Source of the DNA: a virus
IMG/VR virus record: IMGVR_UViG_3300002225_000004
Direction: 5' to 3' (one strand)
DNA: 64,000 bases
The translations under genes were made by a program, and so were the position numbers. Below are positions 54,239-63,560 of this stretch, in pieces. Each line of letters opens with the position of its first letter. Position 1 is the first letter of the stretch. The notes below the pieces were generated by a model. That model ran no database searches and was not told where the DNA came from. It saw only the letters and a list, made by a program, of their open reading frames with translations.

Positions 54239-55377
54239 TAGTAGATGTTGATTATTTCTCCAGCGCAAGGGAATCCTGCGAGAACCTCATAAGGTCCGAT
54301 TGGTGAACATGGATCGACTGAATCCATTTCAGCAATTATGCCAAGACCGGCAGAATATATCTTCCACTTCTCTTCCACTAGATCATAATAAACCCTCTTG
54401 AATGTTGGGCCGGATGGAAGCGGCGTTGACGACGAAGAGACTGAAGATGACTCTGAGGAAGATTCCGATGAGGATGGTGACGAGCTAGACCCAGATGGAG
54501 GAATAGAGGAGGAGCTAGATACAGATGAGGACTCCGAAGAAGACTCCGAAGAAGAAGAACTTACAGAAGACGAAGGCTCTATTTCGCTATTAATGTATGC
54601 GCAGTCACCCTCTTGATATACATTATGATCCTCATATTCAAGCGGAACCAGAATTGGAAGAGGATTAAATTCACCCCCCAACTCTTCACATGGGATCTCC
54701 ATAAGAACCAATCCCTCACAGCAATTTGAAGATGAGGATGATTGAGAAGGGGAAGAGGATGAAGAGTGACTTGTTGAATCCGAATTAGGACTTGAGCTAG
54801 ATGATGTGCTTGAGCTTGGGTATGAAGAAGAGGACGACGAAGAAGAGGACGACGAAACGTGGCTAGATGAAGACGACGACGAGGATGATGATTCTGAAGA
54901 CGAAGAAGACGAAGACGACGATGAAGAGATTCCACTAGATGAAGACGACGAAGATGAAGAGGACGACGACGAATAGATTCCGCTAGATGAAGAGGAAGAT
55001 GAAGAGGAAGATGAAGAGCATGGCTGAGAATACAATACATCCATCGCTTGCTTCTTAGCCCTCAGATTACATGCGAGAATCTTAAGCACCCTTAGTGAAT
55101 TCAGGTGATCTTGAGTAGGCTTTCCAATACGGTAATACTTAGGGCAGCAATCCGGCACCTCCCACAGCGGGCAATCCGATGAGGAGGATGAGGAAGAAGA
55201 TGAAGCGGATGAGAACGGGTAATCACAATCACTAAACTGCAATGCGAATTCATTAATCGCATCGATCATTTCGCAATTGCTTTCCTCGATAGCGTTTATC
55301 TCCTCAATCAACGCCTTGCCATAGCGATTGCTGGAAATAAAAATAATATTATTTGATTCTTCGCAGTCTTTAGTCAT
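54238..55377 (-). CDS. Ser-rich, Cys-containing structural protein
   Basis: Several long poly-Ser tracts; duplicated SESSSESSSVSSSS. Confidence 0.7.
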   Translation of the reverse strand: MTKDCEESNNIIFISSNRYGKALIEEINAIEESNCEMIDAINEFALQFSDCDYPFSSASSSSSSSSSDCPLWEVPDCCPKYYRIGKPTQDHLNSLRVLKILACNLRAKKQAMDVLYSQPCSSSSSSSSSSSSGIYSSSSSSSSSSSSSGISSSSSSSSSSSESSSSSSSSSSHVSSSSSSSSSSSYPSSSTSSSSSPNSDSTSHSSSSSPSQSSSSSNCCEGLVLMEIPCEELGGEFNPLPILVPLEYEDHNVYQEGDCAYINSEIEPSSSVSSSSSESSSESSSVSSSSSIPPSGSSSSPSSSESSSESSSVSSSSTPLPSGPTFKRVYYDLVEEKWKIYSAGLGIIAEMDSVDPCSPIGPYEVLAGFPCAGEIINIY

Positions 55378-55394
55378 GGTTGAAGTAGGTAAAA

Positions 55395-56813
55395 TTAACC
55401 GTTCACCGTTGGCGGAACGTATCGATACTGGAAGATGACATCAATTGCGCTTACGGAGTCGGTGATGTCGTCGTTGTATTCCTGTTCAAACTTGCTGCCT
55501 TTATTCATAACGAACGGACGCTCGATAGTTTGCGTAGCTACCTGAATTGCCCTGACGCCAGTAAGAAGAATATCACTTCTTTTCATGTTCTCGTCCTCGA
55601 TGTAAAGGGTCGTCTCTGAGTTGCTGCCAGGAGCCGCGTCAATCACTTGGGTCATCTCTGTGACATATACATCCTGCGTTGAAAATATCAAGAAGCACAG
55701 ATCGATCTGAGATCCTAGTTCTTCAATCTCGCTATACTCATCGCTTGCCGTGAATGCATATCCATTGGCGTAGTAGTCATCCCATGACTCATTTGGCCCA
55801 TAGACTGTAACGTCCGTGTCCACATAATGAATCGTAATAGCATAATAGTTGCCGACCGTAAGCAGCTCGTTGCTTGGAATCTCTCTAGCGACGCCCGCAA
55901 CAAAGTTATTAACCTGATAGAATCTCTTTCCGCCTAATAGATTTATTGGGACTTCTGGTAGTTGCGCTCCGCTAATACCAAGGTCTCCAAGTCTGCTATA
56001 CTGGGATGCATTATCCAGAATGTCCACTCCTGACTCTGGAAGGGTGGAACCCATATCCCATAGCTTTAACACAACAGATCCCGGAGGAGGGACTGAGATC
56101 ATGTAGTCAATAATTGCAACCCCGTCTTTCTTTTCTTTCTCTACACGGAATCCGATTCCTACAATTTTTGATAAATCGGCAGCGGTAGCTCCATCAGCAA
56201 CCAATGAGTTCACATCAATTACGATATGTGTCCATAGATCCTTATCTGTTTGGACAACCTCGCGACTACTTGTGTTTCCTAGGGAGTCCCGAACAAAGAC
56301 GCGCATCTGAACGTCACTGTATTCTTTGTTTGAGCGAAGCTGAAATTGACCAGTGTAATCAGTGAAGTCTGTTTCTGCAAATGTATTCTCCCATTCATCT
56401 CCTACGCTGCCAGTGCCAGCATCAAGAACCATTGCTTTATTCCCTTCATAAACAATAGAAGAGATTCCGGCTAGTCCCCCAGTCTCAACCCATACTGCTT
56501 GAAGCGCAGCTTCGTTAGCATATCCCTCAAAGTCATCCAAGACAACTCCAGCCGCAGATTCCATCGATAGCGAGATGCCATTAATGTTATCTTGCGAAGC
56601 CTTAAAGATTTGCCCCACAATAGTATCTGTGTCTACCGTTGCTTGCGCTACACGGGAAGACTCCGCATGTTCGTTCCTGATTTGTGGGCGAAGACGGAGA
56701 CTGTTAGCTTGTCCTTTCTGAATAAGGAATGACCCTCCGCTAGCAGTCTGCTTTGTGTATTCCGGTGGGACTCCGTTGGAGTGATTTGTATTTACGTTTC
56801 TTAGAATGCTCAT
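55395..56813 (-). CDS. Structural protein with carbohydrate-binding-like beta-sandwich
   Basis: VLDDFEGY...W pattern; beta-rich. Confidence 0.5.
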   Translation of the reverse strand: MSILRNVNTNHSNGVPPEYTKQTASGGSFLIQKGQANSLRLRPQIRNEHAESSRVAQATVDTDTIVGQIFKASQDNINGISLSMESAAGVVLDDFEGYANEAALQAVWVETGGLAGISSIVYEGNKAMVLDAGTGSVGDEWENTFAETDFTDYTGQFQLRSNKEYSDVQMRVFVRDSLGNTSSREVVQTDKDLWTHIVIDVNSLVADGATAADLSKIVGIGFRVEKEKKDGVAIIDYMISVPPPGSVVLKLWDMGSTLPESGVDILDNASQYSRLGDLGISGAQLPEVPINLLGGKRFYQVNNFVAGVAREIPSNELLTVGNYYAITIHYVDTDVTVYGPNESWDDYYANGYAFTASDEYSEIEELGSQIDLCFLIFSTQDVYVTEMTQVIDAAPGSNSETTLYIEDENMKRSDILLTGVRAIQVATQTIERPFVMNKGSKFEQEYNDDITDSVSAIDVIFQYRYVPPTVNG

Positions 56814-56825
56814 CTGTTTAAGTTG

Positions 56826-57194
56826 TTAAAGAAGTATGTAGTTGCCCGTGTTGTCCGCTTGGATCTGGAAGTTTTCTAGCTCAAATATCTCGGCATCACC
56901 TGACTCCAAATCTAAATTCTTTCCGTTAAGACCAATCACCGAAGTGAATGTAGCGTCCTTGCATTTAATGTTCCATGTCTTTCCTTCGGTTGGAATTGCC
57001 GGTAATGTTGCCGTGACGGTATTATTGCTGGCATCAATAATAACAGTTCCGTCATCATTGGTGATTTGATAATCTTCTGTAACAACCTTAATCTCTCCTT
57101 GCGTGATCTCAAGAACTTCACGTAACTCCTTCGGAGTATTTGAAGTCATCAACGAATCAATTAAATCGTTATTTCCTACTAGTATGTCTCCCAT
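56826..57194 (-). CDS. Small tail-associated protein
   Basis: DY.IT..D.T.IIDAS...TATLP...GK...IK motif common in phage fibres. Confidence 0.55.
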   Translation of the reverse strand: MGDILVGNNDLIDSLMTSNTPKELREVLEITQGEIKVVTEDYQITNDDGTVIIDASNNTVTATLPAIPTEGKTWNIKCKDATFTSVIGLNGKNLDLESGDAEIFELENFQIQADNTGNYILL

Positions 57195-57231
57195 GCGATT
57201 AAGTTGTTTAGTGAAAAAATAATATTATTTA

Positions 57232-57567
57232 TCATCCGTAGCGGACGATGTTCCAGTCGGAGTGGGTGAGTTCGTTGACGTGAGGGTGATTAAGGCGGAT
57301 GATGTCTTCGTCACCTTCGATGAGGATGCGCATGGGGATGGCTACCATTTTAACGGACTCATCAGCAGAGACGATTGCTTCATCGGGCGGCGGGGCGAAG
57401 TGATGGGTATTCTTTTTAGGCATCTTGTGGGATGCGTTCATGGAGGTGTGCCAGCCATTGTAGAATCCGGCCTTGAAAGTCATGAACATCTGTCCGGTAG
57501 CCTCGCGTGAAGCTTGGACTTCGGGGTCGTGTGAGGGTGGGTAGACCCATGGTTCTTCTTCGGGCAT
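57232..57567 (-). CDS. Hypothetical protein (fibre cassette)
   Basis: ORF following the fibre gene. Confidence 0.6.
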   Translation of the reverse strand: MPEEEPWVYPPSHDPEVQASREATGQMFMTFKAGFYNGWHTSMNASHKMPKKNTHHFAPPPDEAIVSADESVKMVAIPMRILIEGDEDIIRLNHPHVNELTHSDWNIVRYG

Positions 57568-57571
57568 GGTG

Positions 57572-59671
57572 TTATGGGGTGATGGCTACGAGCCAGTCCT
57601 TGGCTTCGAGGTTGGTTATTGCTGTAAGGGTGGCAGGCGTGAGACTACTCCCGTCGTAGCCGATGTCGATGGTGTGGTCACCTAGCTGGGTGCCGCCTTC
57701 AACCCCTGAGTAGGTTCCCCAGACGCCGGAGGTGTCGATGGAAACTAGGATGTTCTCGACTGATTCAGCGGAGAGGGCAGGGCAAGAAGTGATGAAAGCG
57801 TTGAACACCGCGTTTTCTACGCTGACTGGCGACCAGTTATCAAAAACGCCCGCTGGAAAAGTTACAAGGCTAGTGCATAAGACGCACATGGCATTGGCAT
57901 CAGTCATTGACCGGAGATCGAACGCCGGGAGTGCAGTCATGGAGCTGCACCCTCGGAACGTATGCGATAGATTCTCGGCATTAGACAGGTCGATTAGTGG
58001 GAACTCGCCAACAATGTCAGTGCGCTCCCGCCAGAAATAACTGGCATCGGTAACCCCTGAGAAATTACCCGCGCCGCGTGCGACGTAGTATGCCTTGATT
58101 TTCTCCTTCTCCTCGTCGGTGAAAGTGTGGTCGTAAAGGTCGATGCTGACGACTTCGCCCGGTTGTGGGTCATATGCCGTCGTCCCCAACACGTCAAAGC
58201 TCCAAGCGCCTGCGGGCAGGTCCACCTCGTAGATTGCAACGCCGAGACTGGATGCTGCAACCATGGTCCCGCCTGTGAGAGCGTTGGTCAGCGTTGCGGT
58301 CATGTGGTCGTTGATGCCGTCGTAGGAGAGGACGGAGTGACCGATGACCTTGGCATCGCCGTTGACGGTCACCGTGCCTCCGACTGTGGCGGTGAAGGAG
58401 GTGTCGAGGTGGGTGGCGTCAACCGGGATGTTGATGTCTAGGACTGGGGTGCCGTCATCGACAACTAGCACTCGATGGATCTTACCGTCCAGTTGCGCTC
58501 CGCCAACACTTCTCCATGTGCCAACGTATGTTGCTGCCACGGTATACACCAAGCCCGTATACTCTTCGGTCCCGAGAGCCTCCCATGTTTCCCCATCTTG
58601 AGATGTGTAGAGGGTTAACGTAGATCCGACACGGGTGACTCGGTAACCTTTAATATTCGTGGGGTTGATAATATCTTTGTTGATGCGCCTAACGCTATCA
58701 CCCCAGAATTCAAGCTTATCGGCGACTCTGCGAAAGAGGCACGTTGCCGTCCCGCCGAGGAAAGCATGTCCTGCACCAGTGGGGTTTGCGATGTCGGCAA
58801 CCGCAGTTATCTCAAAGTCACCAGCAAGGCTGAACGGGTCGCTTTCCAGAAAACTATCAACAGCTAATGAGATGTAAGCATAAGTCCCGTCGTCCCCTTT
58901 CGGGTAGTAGACAGGCTGGTCAGTCGCAACGATCTGGGTGGCGTCTGTGACTGCCTGCTCTGCGGTGATGATGGCGTAAGGGTCGCCATCTTGGTTGATC
59001 GTGACGGTTTGTCCGGTGAGTGCGGTTCCAGTGGTGGCGTTGCGGGTGAAGGCGGAGAAGTCGATGTCAAGGGTGGGAGCGCCCGTTCCAGCGAACTTAA
59101 CAGAATATATGCGCCCCGCCATCCTGCCACCAACAGGCCCGTCCGTCGTGTTGCCATCATTGATGTTTGTCCCAATGAAAGGTTGGTCCAGAAAAGTCTC
59201 AGCAGCCTCCCCATCGAGCTTGGCAGTTAGTGTTACGTTGCCTGCCGGGTCATACATGGCTACCAGAGTGATGTCGGCGTCTAGGTATTTAGCTGCCAAA
59301 GGCGTCGAGTCGTAGAAACGCTGTGTTAGCGTCTCATCATACCAGTAGACGCGCACGGCGTTAGAAGCTAACTTAAGTAACAAATTCTGCCTCTTAGACG
59401 CAGACGCAGGCCAAATCCCACAAATATACCCAGCCCCGCCGTCTGTTAACCGTCCTTTGAACTCCCATGACTGCTCGCCGGGAACGGATAACGCAACGTC
59501 AAAGGACACGGAGAAATCGTTATCCACAGTCCCCGGAAGCTCAAGGAAGTTCCCCTCCTCGTATGCTTGATTACCCCAACGGGTAACGTTGTCGCCAAGG
59601 TGCGCGTTCTCCCCGACCGTGGCAAGAGTTTCGGCGGAGTTAGGTCCGGTAATTTCTGTTCCTAGGGACAT
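57572..59671 (-). CDS. Tail fibre or receptor-binding protein: LamG-like domains plus BspA/DUF285-like repeats
   Basis: T/G/A-rich beta domains; FPLIDLSNAENLSHTFRGCSSMTALPAFDL repeats. Confidence 0.65.
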   Translation of the reverse strand: MSLGTEITGPNSAETLATVGENAHLGDNVTRWGNQAYEEGNFLELPGTVDNDFSVSFDVALSVPGEQSWEFKGRLTDGGAGYICGIWPASASKRQNLLLKLASNAVRVYWYDETLTQRFYDSTPLAAKYLDADITLVAMYDPAGNVTLTAKLDGEAAETFLDQPFIGTNINDGNTTDGPVGGRMAGRIYSVKFAGTGAPTLDIDFSAFTRNATTGTALTGQTVTINQDGDPYAIITAEQAVTDATQIVATDQPVYYPKGDDGTYAYISLAVDSFLESDPFSLAGDFEITAVADIANPTGAGHAFLGGTATCLFRRVADKLEFWGDSVRRINKDIINPTNIKGYRVTRVGSTLTLYTSQDGETWEALGTEEYTGLVYTVAATYVGTWRSVGGAQLDGKIHRVLVVDDGTPVLDINIPVDATHLDTSFTATVGGTVTVNGDAKVIGHSVLSYDGINDHMTATLTNALTGGTMVAASSLGVAIYEVDLPAGAWSFDVLGTTAYDPQPGEVVSIDLYDHTFTDEEKEKIKAYYVARGAGNFSGVTDASYFWRERTDIVGEFPLIDLSNAENLSHTFRGCSSMTALPAFDLRSMTDANAMCVLCTSLVTFPAGVFDNWSPVSVENAVFNAFITSCPALSAESVENILVSIDTSGVWGTYSGVEGGTQLGDHTIDIGYDGSSLTPATLTAITNLEAKDWLVAITP

Positions 59672-60873
59672 TAGAGATCAGCTTGAAGTTTTGGCCAGAC
59701 AATGAGGCGAGTGAGGATACCGTTTAATTGTGAAGCGCCCGATGCATCACAGCCGATATTGATTTGCGATGACAGCCCGATCAACCCGCTGGATATTGGA
59801 AGACCTGCGCTTTCTGTGCCGTCTGCGTATAGATCCCATGTGGGGATACCGAATGAACCGAAGAGCTTGGATACCCCATTCCCTAGATCGTCGAAGGCTG
59901 GATAGGATTTAGCTGAACCATCGTATGCCTTTGCTCCTGCTTCTGTCGCTACAATGTAGGCAAATGAGTCTGTCGCGTTTCCATCGACAATGATGCGCTC
60001 AGCGGATGAGATTGCTTCTCTGGCGACGAACTCCATATAGACGCTGCAAACACCAGTGAGGATTTCCGATGTGTCGAGGATTCGTGGGATGTCAGCGGCA
60101 CGGGTGACTGGGGAGCCTGTGACGTTGGGGATGAAGGAGGTTGGGACGGTGCCAACTTCGACTTGTGGCATGGCAACTTCTACAACTCCCCCAGTCGTTG
60201 CGATGCGAATACGTGCTTCCGTAGAAACCCCACCACCAGTGAAACTATAAGCAACCCTCGTCCATTCCTCTGTAACTGATACATAGGCAAAACTTGCGCC
60301 AACGTATAAGCGCAAATCAACGACTTGTGCATCAAGCTTTCTTACCCAAACAGAAAACGTGCAAACGACTCCATTGGGTGGAGTGAAACTTTCGCTGTAA
60401 AATGAAGAAGAACCAGTGTTTTCAAGGTGTATAGCATCCTGCCCCGCATAAGTGCCTGATGGAGTTGATACCATTCCGCCGCTCGCACTCCAGTCATCCC
60501 AGTCGGTTGAGATCAACTGCTCCGCTTCAGGCTCAATCAGCGCGCCCGTCACGCCGTTCTCGGTGGTTATCCGTGGCTCATTGACCGCTGCAACTTGGAG
60601 GATGCCGTCCTCATCAAAATAAGTCCCCGGCACTCCTGTTGCTCCATTCTCATAAGTGGGTGTTGGTCCGAACTCAGGTTCCCAGATTCTTGTCGAGGGG
60701 TTGAAGTCTAGCGCAGGTGCTTCGTAGTCTGAGAAGACCTGTGTGTCCGCATCGGTAATAAACAGCCCACCCCACTTGGGGTCGAGTGGATCGAAACCTA
60801 AAGCAAGACCGCCTTTGACGATACCCTTAGCAATGCTTCTAGCAATCCCCTTGACTATGCTGGTGGTGGACAT
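59671..60873 (-). CDS. Fibre or spike protein
   Basis: PRI...GALIEP...QVEVGTVPTSFIP...VTRAAD pattern. Confidence 0.6.
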   Translation of the reverse strand: MSTTSIVKGIARSIAKGIVKGGLALGFDPLDPKWGGLFITDADTQVFSDYEAPALDFNPSTRIWEPEFGPTPTYENGATGVPGTYFDEDGILQVAAVNEPRITTENGVTGALIEPEAEQLISTDWDDWSASGGMVSTPSGTYAGQDAIHLENTGSSSFYSESFTPPNGVVCTFSVWVRKLDAQVVDLRLYVGASFAYVSVTEEWTRVAYSFTGGGVSTEARIRIATTGGVVEVAMPQVEVGTVPTSFIPNVTGSPVTRAADIPRILDTSEILTGVCSVYMEFVAREAISSAERIIVDGNATDSFAYIVATEAGAKAYDGSAKSYPAFDDLGNGVSKLFGSFGIPTWDLYADGTESAGLPISSGLIGLSSQINIGCDASGASQLNGILTRLIVWPKLQADL

Positions 60874-60898
60874 TAAATAATATTATTGTTACCGTTCC

Positions 60899-61357
60899 TC
60901 AAACGATTGCAACCAACGTATAGTTTACCGAAGTAACCGCGCCGGATGGGACAAGCTTGATTTGTGTTTCGGCGGCAACAAACTCAATTGATCCCGGCTC
61001 ATCGAACGCAACGTAATCGGTAATGTAGGCACCGGGAACAGGAAGCGGGGAGACGGAAGTCCCATTAGAATGGGAAACGCCGATAGTCTGGGAATTGAAG
61101 TCGTCTCCGGTGTAGCCTACAATCAAGGCGTAGCGCCTACCTTGAGTAACCTCGACGCTAATAGCACCTGCGGAAGTAAGCGTTCCGCTTTGAGGGACCG
61201 GATTGTTATTAGCATTCGATTCCTCGTAAATCAATCCAACCATTGCCGCCGTAACTGCGGGCGCATAATTGTAAGGAACTAGATGGATCGCCGCCGCCTG
61301 CTCCTCGGTAAGCAAACCTGCATCGATCAAACATTGAAGTGGGTCTATAGTATCCAT
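60899..61357 (-). CDS. Hypothetical protein, first gene of the late arm
   Basis: ATG 2 nt from a palindrome; downstream of the leftward promoter. Confidence 0.65.
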   Translation of the reverse strand: MDTIDPLQCLIDAGLLTEEQAAAIHLVPYNYAPAVTAAMVGLIYEESNANNNPVPQSGTLTSAGAISVEVTQGRRYALIVGYTGDDFNSQTIGVSHSNGTSVSPLPVPGAYITDYVAFDEPGSIEFVAAETQIKLVPSGAVTSVNYTLVAIV

Positions 61358-61407
61358 AAAATAATATTATTGTTTGGGTGTAGCGGGTTCACCTAGAATG
61401 TAAAGAC

Positions 61408-61435
61408 ATCCTAACCTATTCTCAGAAAAAGTCAA
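61408..61435 (-). promoter_or_regulatory. Leftward promoter
   Basis: TTGACT-16 nt-TAGGAT. Confidence 0.5.
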
Positions 61436-61455
61436 GCAAAAAGAAAAGTTTTTTC

Positions 61456-61483
61456 TTGCTATATTTCACCAATAGGTTATACT
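61456..61483 (+). promoter_or_regulatory. Rightward promoter (divergent pair)
   Basis: TTGCTA-16 nt-TATACT; the ATG at 61490 is close enough to be leaderless. Confidence 0.5.
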
Positions 61484-61489
61484 GCTCGT

Positions 61490-62059
61490 ATGGATCTGGA
61501 AAGGATTTCTAATATAGTGTCTGGATGGACACCCCACGACAAGCGCGTTTACGGTTCGGATGGCGGGAGGGCGATGCTGAGTGAATACAAGTTCATTAAA
61601 GGGATGCGGAATTGGGAAATGGATGAAGATAGATGGATCTACGATCCCTTGAAGGTTATACTTCAAGCGCCCAAACAACCAATACTAATTCAACTAGAAG
61701 AAGGCTACATAGTATTACCCGCATGGGTTAAGAACGTCATCCAATATGTAGGTAAGCTACAATCAGATAGAGTAACACGTTGGAGATTCCTAAAGAACCC
61801 ACATAAAAATAATATTATTTTCTACCTCGAAACAGGCCAAAAGAAAGAAGCGGTAATTGACCGAGAAATACTATGCCAGATAAACCTAAACGGAGATATA
61901 GAAAAGATCATGGAGTCTTTACGATCGCAGTGGAGGAACGCATCCGATACTATTACCTACTCGGATATGCGCCGGAAAACATCTCAAAGTGTGTATCAAC
62001 TGAGTATCAACTGTTCGAAGTTGCAGAAATTAACATTGAATCGGTTCGAAAGTTTATAA
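61490..62059 (+). CDS. Hypothetical protein
   Basis: In-frame palindrome KNNIIFY; 3' end overlaps the next gene by 187 nt. Confidence 0.6.
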   Translation: MDLERISNIVSGWTPHDKRVYGSDGGRAMLSEYKFIKGMRNWEMDEDRWIYDPLKVILQAPKQPILIQLEEGYIVLPAWVKNVIQYVGKLQSDRVTRWRFLKNPHKNNIIFYLETGQKKEAVIDREILCQINLNGDIEKIMESLRSQWRNASDTITYSDMRRKTSQSVYQLSINCSKLQKLTLNRFESL

Positions 62060-62520
62060 TGAAGAATCGAGCTGAGTTATTAGAAGCCCGCGCCGAACGA
62101 GCTTTAGCTATACGGGAAGCTAATAACATAAAGATGCAAGAGAACTTCATGACCGCTCAGGCTACTGAGATCAAGGTCGTCGAAGTCTACTCAAAGAAGA
62201 TCATCGAACTAGTAAACGAACTAGACGGGCTAGATGTCACCGAACAAGATGACCAAGGCTTCTATGTAAACATGGGTCCATACGCTACAATCGTAATGGG
62301 AATCAACAAGACTCATGAAATGATGTCTAAGCTTAGTGGAACCGAGTCCGCTAGGGCGGTGATGGAACACATGCGTAAAGCCTACGCTAAAGAAGTTGCC
62401 GCTAAGGCTTCGGGGATGCACGATGCCGCCCAGAAGATGGAAACAATTTTCCACGATGATGTGGAAACAATGAAAGAATATGGTCCGTGCGGATTGCCGG
62501 ATCTCAAAAAGATAAACTAA
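61873..62520 (+). CDS. HTH plus coiled-coil protein (possible terminase small subunit)
   Basis: YYLLGYAPENISKCV HTH-like segment then helices; function is inference. Confidence 0.5.
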   Translation: MPDKPKRRYRKDHGVFTIAVEERIRYYYLLGYAPENISKCVSTEYQLFEVAEINIESVRKFIMKNRAELLEARAERALAIREANNIKMQENFMTAQATEIKVVEVYSKKIIELVNELDGLDVTEQDDQGFYVNMGPYATIVMGINKTHEMMSKLSGTESARAVMEHMRKAYAKEVAAKASGMHDAAQKMETIFHDDVETMKEYGPCGLPDLKKIN

Positions 62521-62804
62521 TGAGCAAGCAAGATAAAACACTCCACAACTGTGATGCAGACGGAGCAAGGAAAAACGTAAGTGATCTTAAGATCGTAGGG
62601 AATGGAGATATGTTCCAGCTATTATGCAAGGCTTCATCTAAGTCTGAAGGCTGGATGAAATCAACTAAAGCGATGCAGCTTCCTAATGGTTGTTTAGTCC
62701 AAGTAACCACACAGCAAGGTGAAAACGTAGCGGAAGCACTGGTATATGTTCATGATGCTATGATCATTGATGATGTAAATGGAGGAAAGAAGCTGACTCA
62801 ATGA
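62520..62804 (+). CDS. Conserved-looking phage hypothetical protein
   Basis: GNGDMFQLLCKASSKSEGWMKSTKAM...VQVTTQQ; TAATG overlap. Confidence 0.7.
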   Translation: MSKQDKTLHNCDADGARKNVSDLKIVGNGDMFQLLCKASSKSEGWMKSTKAMQLPNGCLVQVTTQQGENVAEALVYVHDAMIIDDVNGGKKLTQ

Positions 62805-63013
62805 AAGCAATTGACCACCGCAAAAAGATGAGGGGACCGCATAACCACCCGAACACCCAAAGGCAAGCCGATGGAATGCCAAAGACAACCGCAAGGGAAA
62901 CGCCTAGCGAGAAGAAGGAACGAATGGCATCACTCTCAAAGGAGCTAAATACATTCGACCCGCTAACCATAGCCACCGCCCTTAAGATGGGTGAAGCAAA
63001 CCCTACGATATGA
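62801..63013 (+). CDS. Hypothetical protein
   Basis: ATGA overlap. Confidence 0.6.
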   Translation: MKAIDHRKKMRGPHNHPNTQRQADGMPKTTARETPSEKKERMASLSKELNTFDPLTIATALKMGEANPTI

Positions 63014-63090
63014 GCCCGGAACTAAAGGAGGTTCTAACCCTAGCCATCTTCGCCACTATCATAATAACCACAATTATATGTAACCGATGA
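63010..63090 (+). CDS. 26-aa hydrophobic peptide
   Basis: MSPELKEVLTLAIFATIIITTIICNR; ATGA overlaps on both ends. Confidence 0.5.
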   Translation: MSPELKEVLTLAIFATIIITTIICNR

Positions 63091-63179
63091 TAGCAATGCA
63101 TATCTTCCATCAACTCCTAATCGCAATCCCAGTCGGCTTAGGATTCTTCTTCCTGATCTACTTCCTAACCATAAAGTGA
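63087..63179 (+). CDS. 30-aa hydrophobic peptide
   Basis: MIAMHIFHQLLIAIPVGLGFFFLIYFLTIK; ATGA and GTGA overlaps. Confidence 0.5.
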   Translation: MIAMHIFHQLLIAIPVGLGFFFLIYFLTIK

Positions 63180-63430
63180 AGACTAGAACCAACCACGGCG
63201 CAGAGATCGACATGTTCGTAAAGCGCATCCAATATGTAAAGGCTGGCACAACCGCAGAAGCGAAGCGATCCCCTAAGTCCAGAGGTATACGCATACCCAC
63301 ACCTACCGCTACACGGACTGCATCAAACCCATACACTTACCCTTGTAACCACTTCTGGGTCTGGAACAGCCACGAAAAGGTATGGAAATGCAAGTGCGGT
63401 CAGATAATAAAAAAGCTACCGTATATGTAG
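63176..63430 (+). CDS. Small basic protein with C-terminal Zn-finger-like motif
   Basis: CNHFW...WKCKCG; GTGA overlap. Confidence 0.5.
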   Translation: MKTRTNHGAEIDMFVKRIQYVKAGTTAEAKRSPKSRGIRIPTPTATRTASNPYTYPCNHFWVWNSHEKVWKCKCGQIIKKLPYM

Positions 63431-63449
63431 CGTAAATACATAGCGACAC

Positions 63450-63490
63450 AAAAACACCCCCTTCCGTGACCAATGGAAGGGGGTGCTTTT
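63450..63490. terminator. Bidirectional intrinsic terminator
   Basis: AAAAA-CACCCCCTTCC-9 nt-GGAAGGGGGTG-CTTTT. Confidence 0.85.
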
Positions 63491-63532
63491 AGCAAGACAA
63501 CACTAGATAACCGTTTCCAGAGTGACGCAAGC

Positions 63533-63560
63533 AGTGTAACATATCTGGAGGTAATGTCAA
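63533..63560 (-). promoter_or_regulatory. Leftward (antisense) promoter
   Basis: TTGACA-16 nt-TACACT; palindrome abuts the -35. Confidence 0.55.

Noticed and set aside
53720-55040. Acidic D/E-repeat and RRL-repeat ORFs (53720, 54398, 54579)
   Set aside because: Other-strand and other-frame readings of the poly-Ser tracts
57572-60873. Diversity-generating retroelement targeting the fibres
   Set aside because: No reverse transcriptase motif and no template/variable repeat pair seen
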